The notes below the pieces were generated by a model. It ran no database searches. It saw only the letters and a list, made by a program, of their open reading frames with translations, and had not been told where the DNA came from. From Minisyncoccota bacterium (GTDB taxonomy: Bacteria; Patescibacteriota; Minisyncoccia; Phycocordibacterales; JABAAK01), in assembly GCA_963668425.1 (NCBI GenBank), contig OY764332.1, positions 188,943 to 252,942 of the forward strand: 64,000 nucleotides of DNA. Reading direction: 5' to 3'. Shown in pieces: positions 9,660 through 18,065 of the stretch. The position numbers and the translations under genes are program-made. Positions within the stretch are counted from its first letter, which is position 1, and every line of letters starts with the position of its first letter.

Positions 9660-10661
9660 TCAAGATAGCAAAGGATACTCAAGTGGCAAGGTCTTAATGT
9701 AGGATCGTTGAATGTCGTATGATGCGTCAATGAGGGTTTTTAGAAGGTCAAGCGTTACCATTTCTTTCTTGGATAAATGTGTGATAAAGGATGCATCCTC
9801 CTCACTATACTCATTTATTATATTTGCAATACCGCCGCGTAGTAATAGTGCTGATCGTAGCTTACGAATGCATAACTTCGCGAAAAGTGGCACATTTGCC
9901 CCTGTCTCGGCAATGGTCTCTAATGCGGCAATTCCTTTGGTAACATCTTTCTCGGACAACGCTTCTAAATACTCATTTACCACTTGATGTCGTGGCGCGC
10001 CAAGTACCTCTTCAACTGTCTCGTGTGCGATCTCTCCTGTATCTGCTACAAATAATACTTTTTGTACCAATGTTAACGCGTCTCGAAATGATCCTTCTGC
10101 CATTAAGGCGATTAGTGCCGCTGATTGTTCATTTATTTTGTATGTTTCTTTTTCTGCGACTGATTCAACTACTTTTTGCAATGCGGTGAGGGAGGGCTGT
10201 CGAAATTGTAGTGAAATGCACCGTGATACAATGGTATCTGGCACCTTGTCTGCCTCAGTTGTTACCAGCATAAAAATAGCATATGCTGGTGGCTCTTCAA
10301 GTGTTTTTAAGAAAGCATTAAATGCTGCTTTTGATAACATATGCACCTCATCCAAGATATACACCTTATACTCTGATTCAACCGGCTGTGTATATACCGA
10401 TTCTGTTATCTCCCGTATGTGTTCAACACTCGTATGTGATGCCGCATCAATTTCAAACATATCTATACCCTTACACCCTAATGATTGCGCAAATATGCGT
10501 GCGACACTCGTCTTACCGATTCCTCTCGGTCCGGTGAATAGGTAGGCATGTGCAACCGTGCCTCCGGCGACTGCCTTTTCAAGCACCGATACTACTTGTG
10601 GCTGCTCTATAATATCTTTGAAATGTTGTGGTCTGTGTTTCTGATATAATGCTCGCTCCAT
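9660..10661 (-). CDS. dnaX: DNA polymerase III gamma/tau subunit (short form)
   Basis: YQKHRPQHFKDIIEQPQVVSVLEKAVAGGTVAHAYLFTGPRGIGKTSVARIFA (Walker A) ...ILDEVHMLS...SRC (sensor motifs). Confidence 0.85.
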   Translation of the reverse strand: MERALYQKHRPQHFKDIIEQPQVVSVLEKAVAGGTVAHAYLFTGPRGIGKTSVARIFAQSLGCKGIDMFEIDAASHTSVEHIREITESVYTQPVESEYKVYILDEVHMLSKAAFNAFLKTLEEPPAYAIFMLVTTEADKVPDTIVSRCISLQFRQPSLTALQKVVESVAEKETYKINEQSAALIALMAEGSFRDALTLVQKVLFVADTGEIAHETVEEVLGAPRHQVVNEYLEALSEKDVTKGIAALETIAETGANVPLFAKLCIRKLRSALLLRGGIANIINEYSEEDASFITHLSKKEMVTLDLLKTLIDASYDIQRSYIKTLPLEYPLLS

Positions 10662-10744
10662 ACCCTCTATAGTACCCTACCTATATCAAACACAACATGG
10701 ATTTTACCTTGTGCCACATTATATCTGGTTATACTACTTACCTG

Positions 10745-11293
10745 CTATACCTCTTCCTGCTCCGTCCGTTTTTTTACCTTCTGTACACCGTCTAAAATTG
10801 TTCTGCGAACTTTTGCATACTCTGGCAATTCTTCAACTTGCTGTATGCCCAGATGTAATAAAAATTCAACAGAAACTGATAGTAATCGCTTCCGTGCATT
10901 CGGCGTATCCTGAATTAACCCTCGCATCATTAATCGTCGCAGTGTGTACTGCGTGTTCACTCCGCGCAGAAAATCTAAATCTACCTTTGCAATTGGCCCT
11001 GCGTATGCGATGATGGATAGTGCTTCCTGCATTGCCCTGGAGAGTGGAGCCGCCTCCTCCTCTTTTCGTAACCCTTCTATAACATCCACCAGTGATGGAT
11101 TTGTCGCTAATGCTACCTGTGTGCCATCATCAACTATAATCACTCCACTGTCTGCCCGTTGTTGCCGTAGATGCCCTAACAGTCGCTCCAACTCTTTGCT
11201 GTCACACTTAACTTGCTTTGCGAGTTGTTTTTTTGTTACTCTGGCACCGCTGGTAAATAATATCGCCTCTAATTTTTGCAGTGCATCCTTCAT
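10745..11293 (-). CDS. scpB: segregation and condensation protein B
   Basis: LEAILFTSGARVTKKQLAKQ...EALSIIAYAGPIAKVDLDFLRGVNTQYTLRRLMMRGLI, a tandem winged-helix ScpB pattern. Confidence 0.85.
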   Translation of the reverse strand: MKDALQKLEAILFTSGARVTKKQLAKQVKCDSKELERLLGHLRQQRADSGVIIVDDGTQVALATNPSLVDVIEGLRKEEEAAPLSRAMQEALSIIAYAGPIAKVDLDFLRGVNTQYTLRRLMMRGLIQDTPNARKRLLSVSVEFLLHLGIQQVEELPEYAKVRRTILDGVQKVKKRTEQEEV

Positions 11294-11335
11294 GTGCTAT
11301 CAGTATACTCTGTGTGAGCAATATCTTGCTGCGCT

Positions 11336-11479
11336 TTATGCGCTCCAACCTGCGCCATGAACATTAAGCATTGGGCTGGATATACCTCTTTTGAGCATCT
11401 CCACTCTTTCTGCAAATTGCTTTTGTAACTTTTCTGGTAATTTTTTATAACACAAATAGAAAACCGAACCGATGCACAA
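11336..11479 (-). pseudogene. possible remnant of a RelE/ParE-type toxin (N-terminal ~47 codons only)
   Basis: Below the ORF-track size cutoff. The reverse frame reads (TTG)CIGSVFYLCYKKLPEKLQKQFAERVEMLKRGISSPMLNVHGAGWSA*. This resembles the F..YKKLP...Q..F.ER.......P.L..H.L.G N-terminal pattern of small RelE-family toxins and stops prematurely. By-eye match only. Confidence 0.25.
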
Positions 11480-11566
11480 TCTCTTTCTTGTATGTTCTGA
11501 TATCTACAGATGTCTTCATGTCGTTAATGATATACAGCCCCCATAAAAACATCAATTGCGACACTC

Positions 11567-12277
11567 TTACCTCTTACTAACAACAATATCGTCAAAATGC
11601 TTGTTTTGTGTTGCTGTTAACATATCTTTTCGTATCAATTCTAATACCGCAAGAAAAGAAATAATTTTTTCCTGCTTGTCTGCTTTTGCGGATAACGACT
11701 GAAACGATACTGACACCCGTTTTGTTACTGCGGCAAGCACTCGCTCAATTATCTCCTCTATCCGCACTTTTGCTCTGACTTTTTTCTGTGGTGGCTCCCG
11801 CAGAAATGATAATCCTTGTAATACAGCATCCGCATTGCGTTGTAACCCTTTCACGGTACATGAGTTATCAGGAAGAAACATAACCTGTTTTGTCGTGCTC
11901 TGTATTGCTACTACGGATGACCGTTTTTTCCAGCTGTTCAGTGCCGGCACTACTTGCATGCGGATGAAGTCAAATAATTTCATTCTGTCTTCTAGCTCGG
12001 CAACATCCACCTCTTCTTCTTCAGTATATTCCAAAACTGGCAACAGTGACCTTGACTTGATTACTATCAAGATAGATGCGATATGAATAAAGCGCGCCAC
12101 TTCCTCTGCCGGTACTGCTGCCATCTCACGAACATATCTCATATAGTCAGCTGTTATTTTTGCTAATGAGATCGTGTTGATTTGCAGTTTTCGTTTTTCT
12201 ATTAACTGGTGCAGTAAGTCCAGCGGACCTTCAAACTGCTCCAACGACACGATGTACTCCTGCTGTTCATTGCTCAT
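11567..12277 (-). CDS. scpA: segregation and condensation protein A
   Basis: MSNEQQEYIVSLEQFEGPLDLLHQLIEKRKLQINTISLAKITADYMRYV is the canonical ScpA N-terminus. Start at Met20 of the ORF (12277). Confidence 0.85.
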   Translation of the reverse strand: MSNEQQEYIVSLEQFEGPLDLLHQLIEKRKLQINTISLAKITADYMRYVREMAAVPAEEVARFIHIASILIVIKSRSLLPVLEYTEEEEVDVAELEDRMKLFDFIRMQVVPALNSWKKRSSVVAIQSTTKQVMFLPDNSCTVKGLQRNADAVLQGLSFLREPPQKKVRAKVRIEEIIERVLAAVTKRVSVSFQSLSAKADKQEKIISFLAVLELIRKDMLTATQNKHFDDIVVSKR

Positions 12278-13607
12278 ATAGACGAGTATCAATTCGGTTT
12301 CTGTCTCTCGGGAAAATCGCCGCTTCTTTTGCATTTGCTAATCCGAGTATCTTTGCGGTAAGCCGTTCTAGCCCAAGTCCCATACCTCCATGTGGTGGCA
12401 TTCCGTACTTGAAAGATTGTAAATAAAATCCGAATTCTTTTTCTGGATCTATGTTCGGTAACTTTTCTTTGATTTTTCGCACCAATTCTTCGTATTCGTG
12501 CACTCGCTGTCCGCCGCTTGTAATTTCCACCCCACGAAACAACAAATCAAAACTTTTTGTGTACCCTGGGTCATCCGCATCGTCATAGGTGTACCATGGT
12601 CGTTTTTCAGTTGGATAGTGTGTTACAAAAATAAAATCTGAATTGTGTTCTTTTAGGGCATGCTCGCACAACTGTCGCTCATGTTCTGGTGTTAAGTCCG
12701 GCTCCCCTACGCAGTCATCTCCAAATTGCGTCTTAATAATCTCCTGTGCTTCAAGTAACTTTATAATTGGAAACGGCTTTTCAGGTAGTGTCGGCATAGT
12801 TGCGCCGAGGATGGCAGTTTCCCGTTTCGCCTTTTCCGCGATAGAGGTGACAATATGTCGCACACACCCCTCTAACATGTTCGTGACATCAGTGTGATCG
12901 GTAATATATCCCATCTCAAAGTCCATACTTGTATACTCATTCAAATGTCTTGAGGTGCTGTGTTTTTCCGCGCGAAACACGTTCCCAATACAAAATGCTC
13001 GTTCAAACACTCCTACCAATATTTGCTTATATAGTTGCGGACTTGTCGCCAATGATGCTTTAATATCAAAATAATCAACTGGAAATACCTCTGCACCACC
13101 TTCCGCATCACCTCCGACAATCTTCGGTGCCTGAAACTCAACAAATCCTTGTGAGGTCAGATACTCCCGAAACCCTTGTGCAATTAACGCTTGCACCCGA
13201 AAAACCGCTCGGTCATCATCTCGCCGCAGTGTCAGTGGACGATAGTCAAACCGTGTGTCTAAGTTCAAGTCCGCCATTTCTAAATCAAATGGCAATTCTT
13301 GTGCTTTTGCTAACACCGTCAGTGTCTTCACTACAAATTCAATGTCCCCGTTTTCTCCTTCAGTGCGATTCTTTTCCGGTCGCTCCTGCACCTCCCCAGT
13401 CAGAGAAAGTACGCTTTCTGGTGATAGTTTCTGTGCATCGGCAAACTTGTCGTGTGCACTCGGCACAAAGCACTGTACTGACCCTGTCCGGTCGTATAGG
13501 TCAATAAACAATAATTTGCCGTGATCCCGCACCGCCGCAATTTTCCCACTGACAAGAACCTCCTGCCCCTTTTTCTCACCAAGATTTTCCATCAAACACC
13601 GCTCCAT
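12267..13607 (-). CDS. aspS: aspartate--tRNA ligase, archaeal/type-2 (short) form
   Basis: OB-fold N-terminus (GKIAAVRDHGKLLFIDLYDRTGSVQCFV). Class II motifs FRAEKHSTSRHLNEYTSMDFEMGY and GGMGLGLERL. About 440 aa, without the bacterial insertion domain. Confidence 0.85.
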   Translation of the reverse strand: MERCLMENLGEKKGQEVLVSGKIAAVRDHGKLLFIDLYDRTGSVQCFVPSAHDKFADAQKLSPESVLSLTGEVQERPEKNRTEGENGDIEFVVKTLTVLAKAQELPFDLEMADLNLDTRFDYRPLTLRRDDDRAVFRVQALIAQGFREYLTSQGFVEFQAPKIVGGDAEGGAEVFPVDYFDIKASLATSPQLYKQILVGVFERAFCIGNVFRAEKHSTSRHLNEYTSMDFEMGYITDHTDVTNMLEGCVRHIVTSIAEKAKRETAILGATMPTLPEKPFPIIKLLEAQEIIKTQFGDDCVGEPDLTPEHERQLCEHALKEHNSDFIFVTHYPTEKRPWYTYDDADDPGYTKSFDLLFRGVEITSGGQRVHEYEELVRKIKEKLPNIDPEKEFGFYLQSFKYGMPPHGGMGLGLERLTAKILGLANAKEAAIFPRDRNRIDTRLYEQ

Positions 13608-13823
13608 ATATGTATTTTATGTATATAACAGAAATAGTATATCACACTATCTTATCTACCTTTAATCTCCTATTTTGTCATCTTGAGTGTTCTGATTGCT
13701 GTTGTGATAAGTTTGGGGATTGGGATGCCTGCTTGCACGGTTAATACTCCACCGAGTAATAATCAGTATCTGACAACTCTTCCAGATCTATTGGACTTCC
13801 ACCTGCATTTCGGAAACCTGTTG

Positions 13824-14084
13824 TTATATTTTCTTGAGTGTAGTCTTATATCCAAAATAATCTTCTATCGCCTTCAGCATTCTTTTTGCCGATACAACAC
13901 TACCACTCATAATGTATTCGTCAGTGTTCCGTGATTCAAATACATCGTCAATAATAATATCAACCCCTTGTTTAATTTCTTCTATAATTACTTGCGATAA
14001 CAGATCACGCTCTTCCCGCCTAAAAGGGCTAGTCGCACATATAGTCATTGAAAATTTCTTTTCTAGTTTCTTTTTATACTCCAT
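13824..14084 (-). CDS. hypothetical small protein (86 aa)
   Basis: ORF only, with no recognisable motif. Part of the AT-rich island between aspS and tRNA-Ser. Confidence 0.35.
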   Translation of the reverse strand: MEYKKKLEKKFSMTICATSPFRREERDLLSQVIIEEIKQGVDIIIDDVFESRNTDEYIMSGSVVSAKRMLKAIEDYFGYKTTLKKI

Positions 14085-14118
14085 ATGCCTTCGCTTACTA
14101 TAATTTTACCCTGTCTTT

Positions 14119-14301
14119 TTAGAGTTTGCTGAGCACCTCTAACCAAATGCTTCCATTTTTTTCATCACTAAGCATATTCATTTTATCAATGCATTCTTTC
14201 ACTGTTTTACAACCATACTCTTTTTTCATCTCTTCCATAAAGGCATCTTTGTAATTTTTAACATGTAAGAAATATAGTAAAAGCGGAACTGCCTCCAGCA
14301 C
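14119..14301 (-). CDS. hypothetical small protein (60 aa, or 39 aa from the internal Met)
   Basis: ORF only. Divergent from the methyltransferase gene, 47 bp away. Confidence 0.25.
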   Translation of the reverse strand: MLEAVPLLLYFLHVKNYKDAFMEEMKKEYGCKTVKECIDKMNMLSDEKNGSIWLEVLSKL

Positions 14302-14347
14302 CCGCCTTACCTGAATATAACCCTCATTTTATTGCTATACTAAAAAC

Positions 14348-15208
14348 ATGACCAAAATGACAAGCACTGCCGGCAAGCAGAAAGTGTGTCGGGAAAGGAA
14401 GGTGTTGATAAATGAAGTGTTGTGTGGGCGGGCGGAAATTGTGTTGAATGATATCCCTAATAATGCGGTAGACATTGTTGTAACATCACCGCCGTACGAT
14501 GGTATCAGGGATTATAATGGCTTTGATCTTGATTTGCATGCAATTGGACGGGAAGTGTTCCGTGTTTTGAAGGATGGTGGTATTGCAGTAATGGTGATAC
14601 AAGACCAAACGAAAAATTTTGGGAAGACACTGACCTCTTTTAAGACAATTATAGACTGGTGCGACAATATCGGCTTTAAGTTGTTTGAGACGGCTATTTA
14701 TAGAAAACACGGGGCGGAAGGTGCGTGGTGGAATAAGCGGTTTCGTGTTGACCATGAATACATACCAATTTTTTTGAAAGGAGAAAGACCTGCTTTTTTT
14801 GATAAGGAGAGCTTAAAGATACCATCAAAGCATGCCGGCAAGACAATACGAGGTGGCGGGACGAGGTTGACCAACGGTAAGAGGATTGATACGCGACATA
14901 TAACAATCAACCCAACAAAATGTCGTGGTACTGTGTGGGAATACTTGACTGCTGGAGATGGCACACGATTGAAGCATAAACATCCTGCAACATTCCCTGA
15001 TAAATTACCGATTGATTTCATACAATGCTTTTGTCCGGAAGAAGGTGTTGTCTTGGATCCGATGTGTGGCAGTGGCACCACTCTCATGGCGGCAAAAATG
15101 TTGGGGAGGGACTATATAGGTGTAGATGTATCGCCAGAATATTGTGATTTATCTCGGAAACGATTGTTGGAAGAACTACCTAATCAAACACTCCGCTTTG
15201 AGGAATAG
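14348..15208 (+). CDS. site-specific DNA amino-methyltransferase, beta class (N4-cytosine or N6-adenine)
   Basis: Motif IV VVTSPPYDG lies near the N-terminus and the AdoMet motif I VLDPMCGSGTTLMAA lies near the C-terminus. The IV-to-I order defines the beta permutation, and SPPY is frequent in m4C enzymes. Confidence 0.85.
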   Translation: MTKMTSTAGKQKVCRERKVLINEVLCGRAEIVLNDIPNNAVDIVVTSPPYDGIRDYNGFDLDLHAIGREVFRVLKDGGIAVMVIQDQTKNFGKTLTSFKTIIDWCDNIGFKLFETAIYRKHGAEGAWWNKRFRVDHEYIPIFLKGERPAFFDKESLKIPSKHAGKTIRGGGTRLTNGKRIDTRHITINPTKCRGTVWEYLTAGDGTRLKHKHPATFPDKLPIDFIQCFCPEEGVVLDPMCGSGTTLMAAKMLGRDYIGVDVSPEYCDLSRKRLLEELPNQTLRFEE

Positions 15209-16154
15209 TGTACTCAACCCTGTTTGTTGCCGTTATTGCAAAAGAAATGGGATTTTTTGTTAATAATTCGTTTCTTCTCCTGAAACTCGTTGTGTTGTCT
15301 AAGACACTTTTGGAAAACTGTATGCATTCAAAATTGTCCCAACACCAGGACTGACTGTTGTATTCCCAACCTGTAAGATCAGATAGCATTTGTAAAATCC
15401 CTTCGCTTTTTTTGACCTCCTCCTTCTCTATATATGCTTGGTTATCACTTCTCACAATGTTTGCCGTCTCTCCGCCACCTCTCTCGGATATCTTTACTTT
15501 TTCTCTACCTCTTCCACCACCTATCTTCTTTATTTTACCGAATAGTTCTTTCATCAATTCCATACTTTCTGCTATAGGTGTGTGTTGTGTGAAAAATACA
15601 TCGTTCAATATGTCATTTCTTGTTGCTTGTAGGAAGTGAAACCAACTTAAACTATTTTCTGGGTATCCGAATATGTTCTTGAAGGTACCGTCGGCATACA
15701 GTAGCGGTGCAACAATACTTGGACTCTTCTCTAACTGCATGGCACTGCCGACAATCGCAATGAGCAGATGTATTGTTCCAAATGGGTATTTGTTTTGAAA
15801 GTCATTTTTAGCGTCAAATCCTCTTAGGTTGTTTGCGGAAATGCAGTTTTTAAAATTATCCCAATTTTCTGGAATCTCATTTTTGTTTGGCAGTAGCATG
15901 TGTTGCCCAACACTGCGTATATTTTTTCTGTACATCTCTACGTCAAGATACACAACAGAAGATGGATCTGTGTTTTTTTCTATTAGCAAAACTTTGCCGT
16001 CATACAATCCTTTTACTTTCCAGTTTAAGTGCTGAGACATGAAAAGTGCGCCTAACAATCCGTCGCAATCAGGGCTTATTACACAGCTTTCTTCTTTTGA
16101 GACAATCCATGGAAACTGTTGTATTATTTTTTGATAGTTAAGAGCATTATCCAT
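15180..16154 (-). CDS. uncharacterised 324-aa protein, candidate restriction partner of the adjacent methyltransferase
   Basis: Convergent with the MTase, with a 29-bp 3' overlap (15180-15208). Start moved to MDNALNYQK (16154) because the upstream 31 codons of the tracked ORF run into tRNA-Ser. No clear nuclease motif. VISPDCDGLLGALF...VVYLDVEM...VGQHMLL is loosely DHH-like by eye. Confidence 0.55.
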   Translation of the reverse strand: MDNALNYQKIIQQFPWIVSKEESCVISPDCDGLLGALFMSQHLNWKVKGLYDGKVLLIEKNTDPSSVVYLDVEMYRKNIRSVGQHMLLPNKNEIPENWDNFKNCISANNLRGFDAKNDFQNKYPFGTIHLLIAIVGSAMQLEKSPSIVAPLLYADGTFKNIFGYPENSLSWFHFLQATRNDILNDVFFTQHTPIAESMELMKELFGKIKKIGGGRGREKVKISERGGGETANIVRSDNQAYIEKEEVKKSEGILQMLSDLTGWEYNSQSWCWDNFECIQFSKSVLDNTTSFRRRNELLTKNPISFAITATNRVEYTIPQSGVFD

Positions 16155-16198
16155 GTTGTTTTTGATATGACTTACTCTTGAAATGCAAATATTTTTAT

Positions 16199-16290
<92 letters not shown>

Positions 16291-16338
16291 TGTATCTATA
16301 CGATACCACAATGCAACGCATTGGTCAGTTTGCCTTAC

Positions 16339-16734
16339 TCAATCAAAATCAATATCTTCTTCTTTTCCTCTATTTTTTTGATCAAGATAGCTTTGTAAAA
16401 TGATTGTTGCCGCTTCTGCATCAGTTCCTTTTCCGAGTCGTTTTGCTGCTTGTGTGGAGAACTGTTCCGGCTCAAATAGCACTTCTGCTTTTTCGCGCAC
16501 CGCATTTGCAACTTTCTGTACATCTGTCATAATTGGGTTTTTTTTACCATCTAAATCAAGTGACTCACCAAACACCACTGCTTTAATACCCCGTTCGGTA
16601 ATTAATGCCAGCAACTGTTCAATACATCTCTGACGTTTCAATGCTGTAAGTGGAAATGCTATAGACCCTTCGTCGTCGGAAATCGCCACTCCGACTCGTT
16701 CCTGTCCGATATCAACACCCAGGTATTTTTGCAT
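16339..16734 (-). CDS. ruvX: Holliday junction resolvase-like / pre-16S rRNA nuclease YqgF (RuvX)
   Basis: MQKYLGVDIGQERVGVAISDDEGSIAFPLTAL...IKAVVFGESLDLDGKKNPIMTDVQKVANAV. Start at the internal Met (16734), which avoids overlap with the TM2 gene. Confidence 0.85.
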   Translation of the reverse strand: MQKYLGVDIGQERVGVAISDDEGSIAFPLTALKRQRCIEQLLALITERGIKAVVFGESLDLDGKKNPIMTDVQKVANAVREKAEVLFEPEQFSTQAAKRLGKGTDAEAATIILQSYLDQKNRGKEEDIDFD

Positions 16735-16744
16735 GTGCTCACTG

Positions 16745-17008
16745 TTAGGACTGGACATCAATTGTAACTTTGCCGGCGGCGCGCACCACTCGTCCTTCAG
16801 CATCTTTCATGTTGCCGGAGACAATGATAATCAGATCAACAAGCCACCAAACCCCAAAGCCACCTAAAGTAATAAGTTTTAGTACGCCGGTGCCGATTTT
16901 GCCTAGATAAAATCGATCAATGCCAAGACCACCGATGAAAATTGATAATAAAAGTAAAATAATAAAATTTTTGTCACTTGTGTTTGACGTAGTATTTTTT
17001 TCATTCAT
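16745..17008 (-). CDS. TM2 domain-containing membrane protein
   Basis: LLSIFIGGLGIDRFYLGKIGTGVLKLITLGGFGVWWLVDLIII is the TM2 signature (G.hG.hRFYhG....G..hh). Confidence 0.8.
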   Translation of the reverse strand: MNEKNTTSNTSDKNFIILLLLSIFIGGLGIDRFYLGKIGTGVLKLITLGGFGVWWLVDLIIIVSGNMKDAEGRVVRAAGKVTIDVQS

Positions 17009-17046
17009 ATGCTTTCACTATACCACAATGTATACCATGTCAAACC

Positions 17047-18039
17047 CTATACAATACCGAGAACCTGCTTTACTTTTGTTAGCTGTTTAGTGAAAAGGGT
17101 GCTTACTTTTTTCCTGTTGCGTTCTAGCACTTTCTCAAGATATCTTGTATCTTTGCTGATTTTTTCATATTTTTCTCGTGCATCTTTAAAGTATGTCAGA
17201 TACTGCTCCACCAACACCTCTTTTAGCTCTTTATAGGTACTGTCCCCCTTGCTACAGCGATTTGCTATCGTGCCATACTCCTCTCGTGGCATTATTTTCT
17301 CAAGATATATACACGGCAAGCAGGTTTCTGTATTGATGGGCTGACCCTGTGGCGTTGAATCGGTAACAATGCTCATTATCCGTTTGCGTATTGTTTCCTC
17401 ATCAGCAAAAATTGGTAGAGTGTTTCCTTTTGATTTACTCATCTTTTCACCATCAAGACCGGGAATAATAGCAACCTCCTTCTGTATTTGCTCCTGTGGC
17501 TCTGTAAAATAGTCCTCATGAGCAATATGATTAAATTTTCGTGCTATTTCTCGGGTTAATTCTACATGCTGTGCCTGATCCTGCCCTACTGGCACCACCT
17601 GTGCGTCGGCGATTAAAATGTCTGCCGCCATCAATGCAGGGTATAAAAATACTCCTAACCCAACATCTTGTTTTTCTTGCGCTGCATCTTTATATGCGTG
17701 TCCTGTTGTTAAAAAATTATGTTTCAACATACAACTGATAATCCACATCAGCTCTGCAATCTGTGGAAAATCTGACTGTCTATACACAATTGATTTTTTC
17801 GGATCTATTCCTAATGCAATACTCGCGGCGAGCAGATGTTGGCTGTTTTCTTTTCGCTCTGTGGCACTGTGCTGCGCCTGCTCGTTACTTATATCTGTTA
17901 GTGCGTGCAAATCAGCAATAAAAAAATACATTTCCCCTTCATCCTGCGCATCAGTCATTTGTCTGAGAGCACCAAAGTAATTTCCCATATGCAGTGCCCC
18001 TGTCGGCTGCAATCCTGTTAAAATCCTTTTTTTATTCAT
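17047..18039 (-). CDS. trpS: tryptophan--tRNA ligase
   Basis: ILTGLQPTGALHMGNYFGALRQ (HIGH region) and KMSKSKGN (KMSKS). Confidence 0.92.
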   Translation of the reverse strand: MNKKRILTGLQPTGALHMGNYFGALRQMTDAQDEGEMYFFIADLHALTDISNEQAQHSATERKENSQHLLAASIALGIDPKKSIVYRQSDFPQIAELMWIISCMLKHNFLTTGHAYKDAAQEKQDVGLGVFLYPALMAADILIADAQVVPVGQDQAQHVELTREIARKFNHIAHEDYFTEPQEQIQKEVAIIPGLDGEKMSKSKGNTLPIFADEETIRKRIMSIVTDSTPQGQPINTETCLPCIYLEKIMPREEYGTIANRCSKGDSTYKELKEVLVEQYLTYFKDAREKYEKISKDTRYLEKVLERNRKKVSTLFTKQLTKVKQVLGIV

Positions 18040-18065
18040 ACTACAAGTTAGTATAGCACCGCCTG

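Noticed and set aside
10944-11360. 138-aa plus-strand ORF
   Set aside because: It is antisense to scpB.
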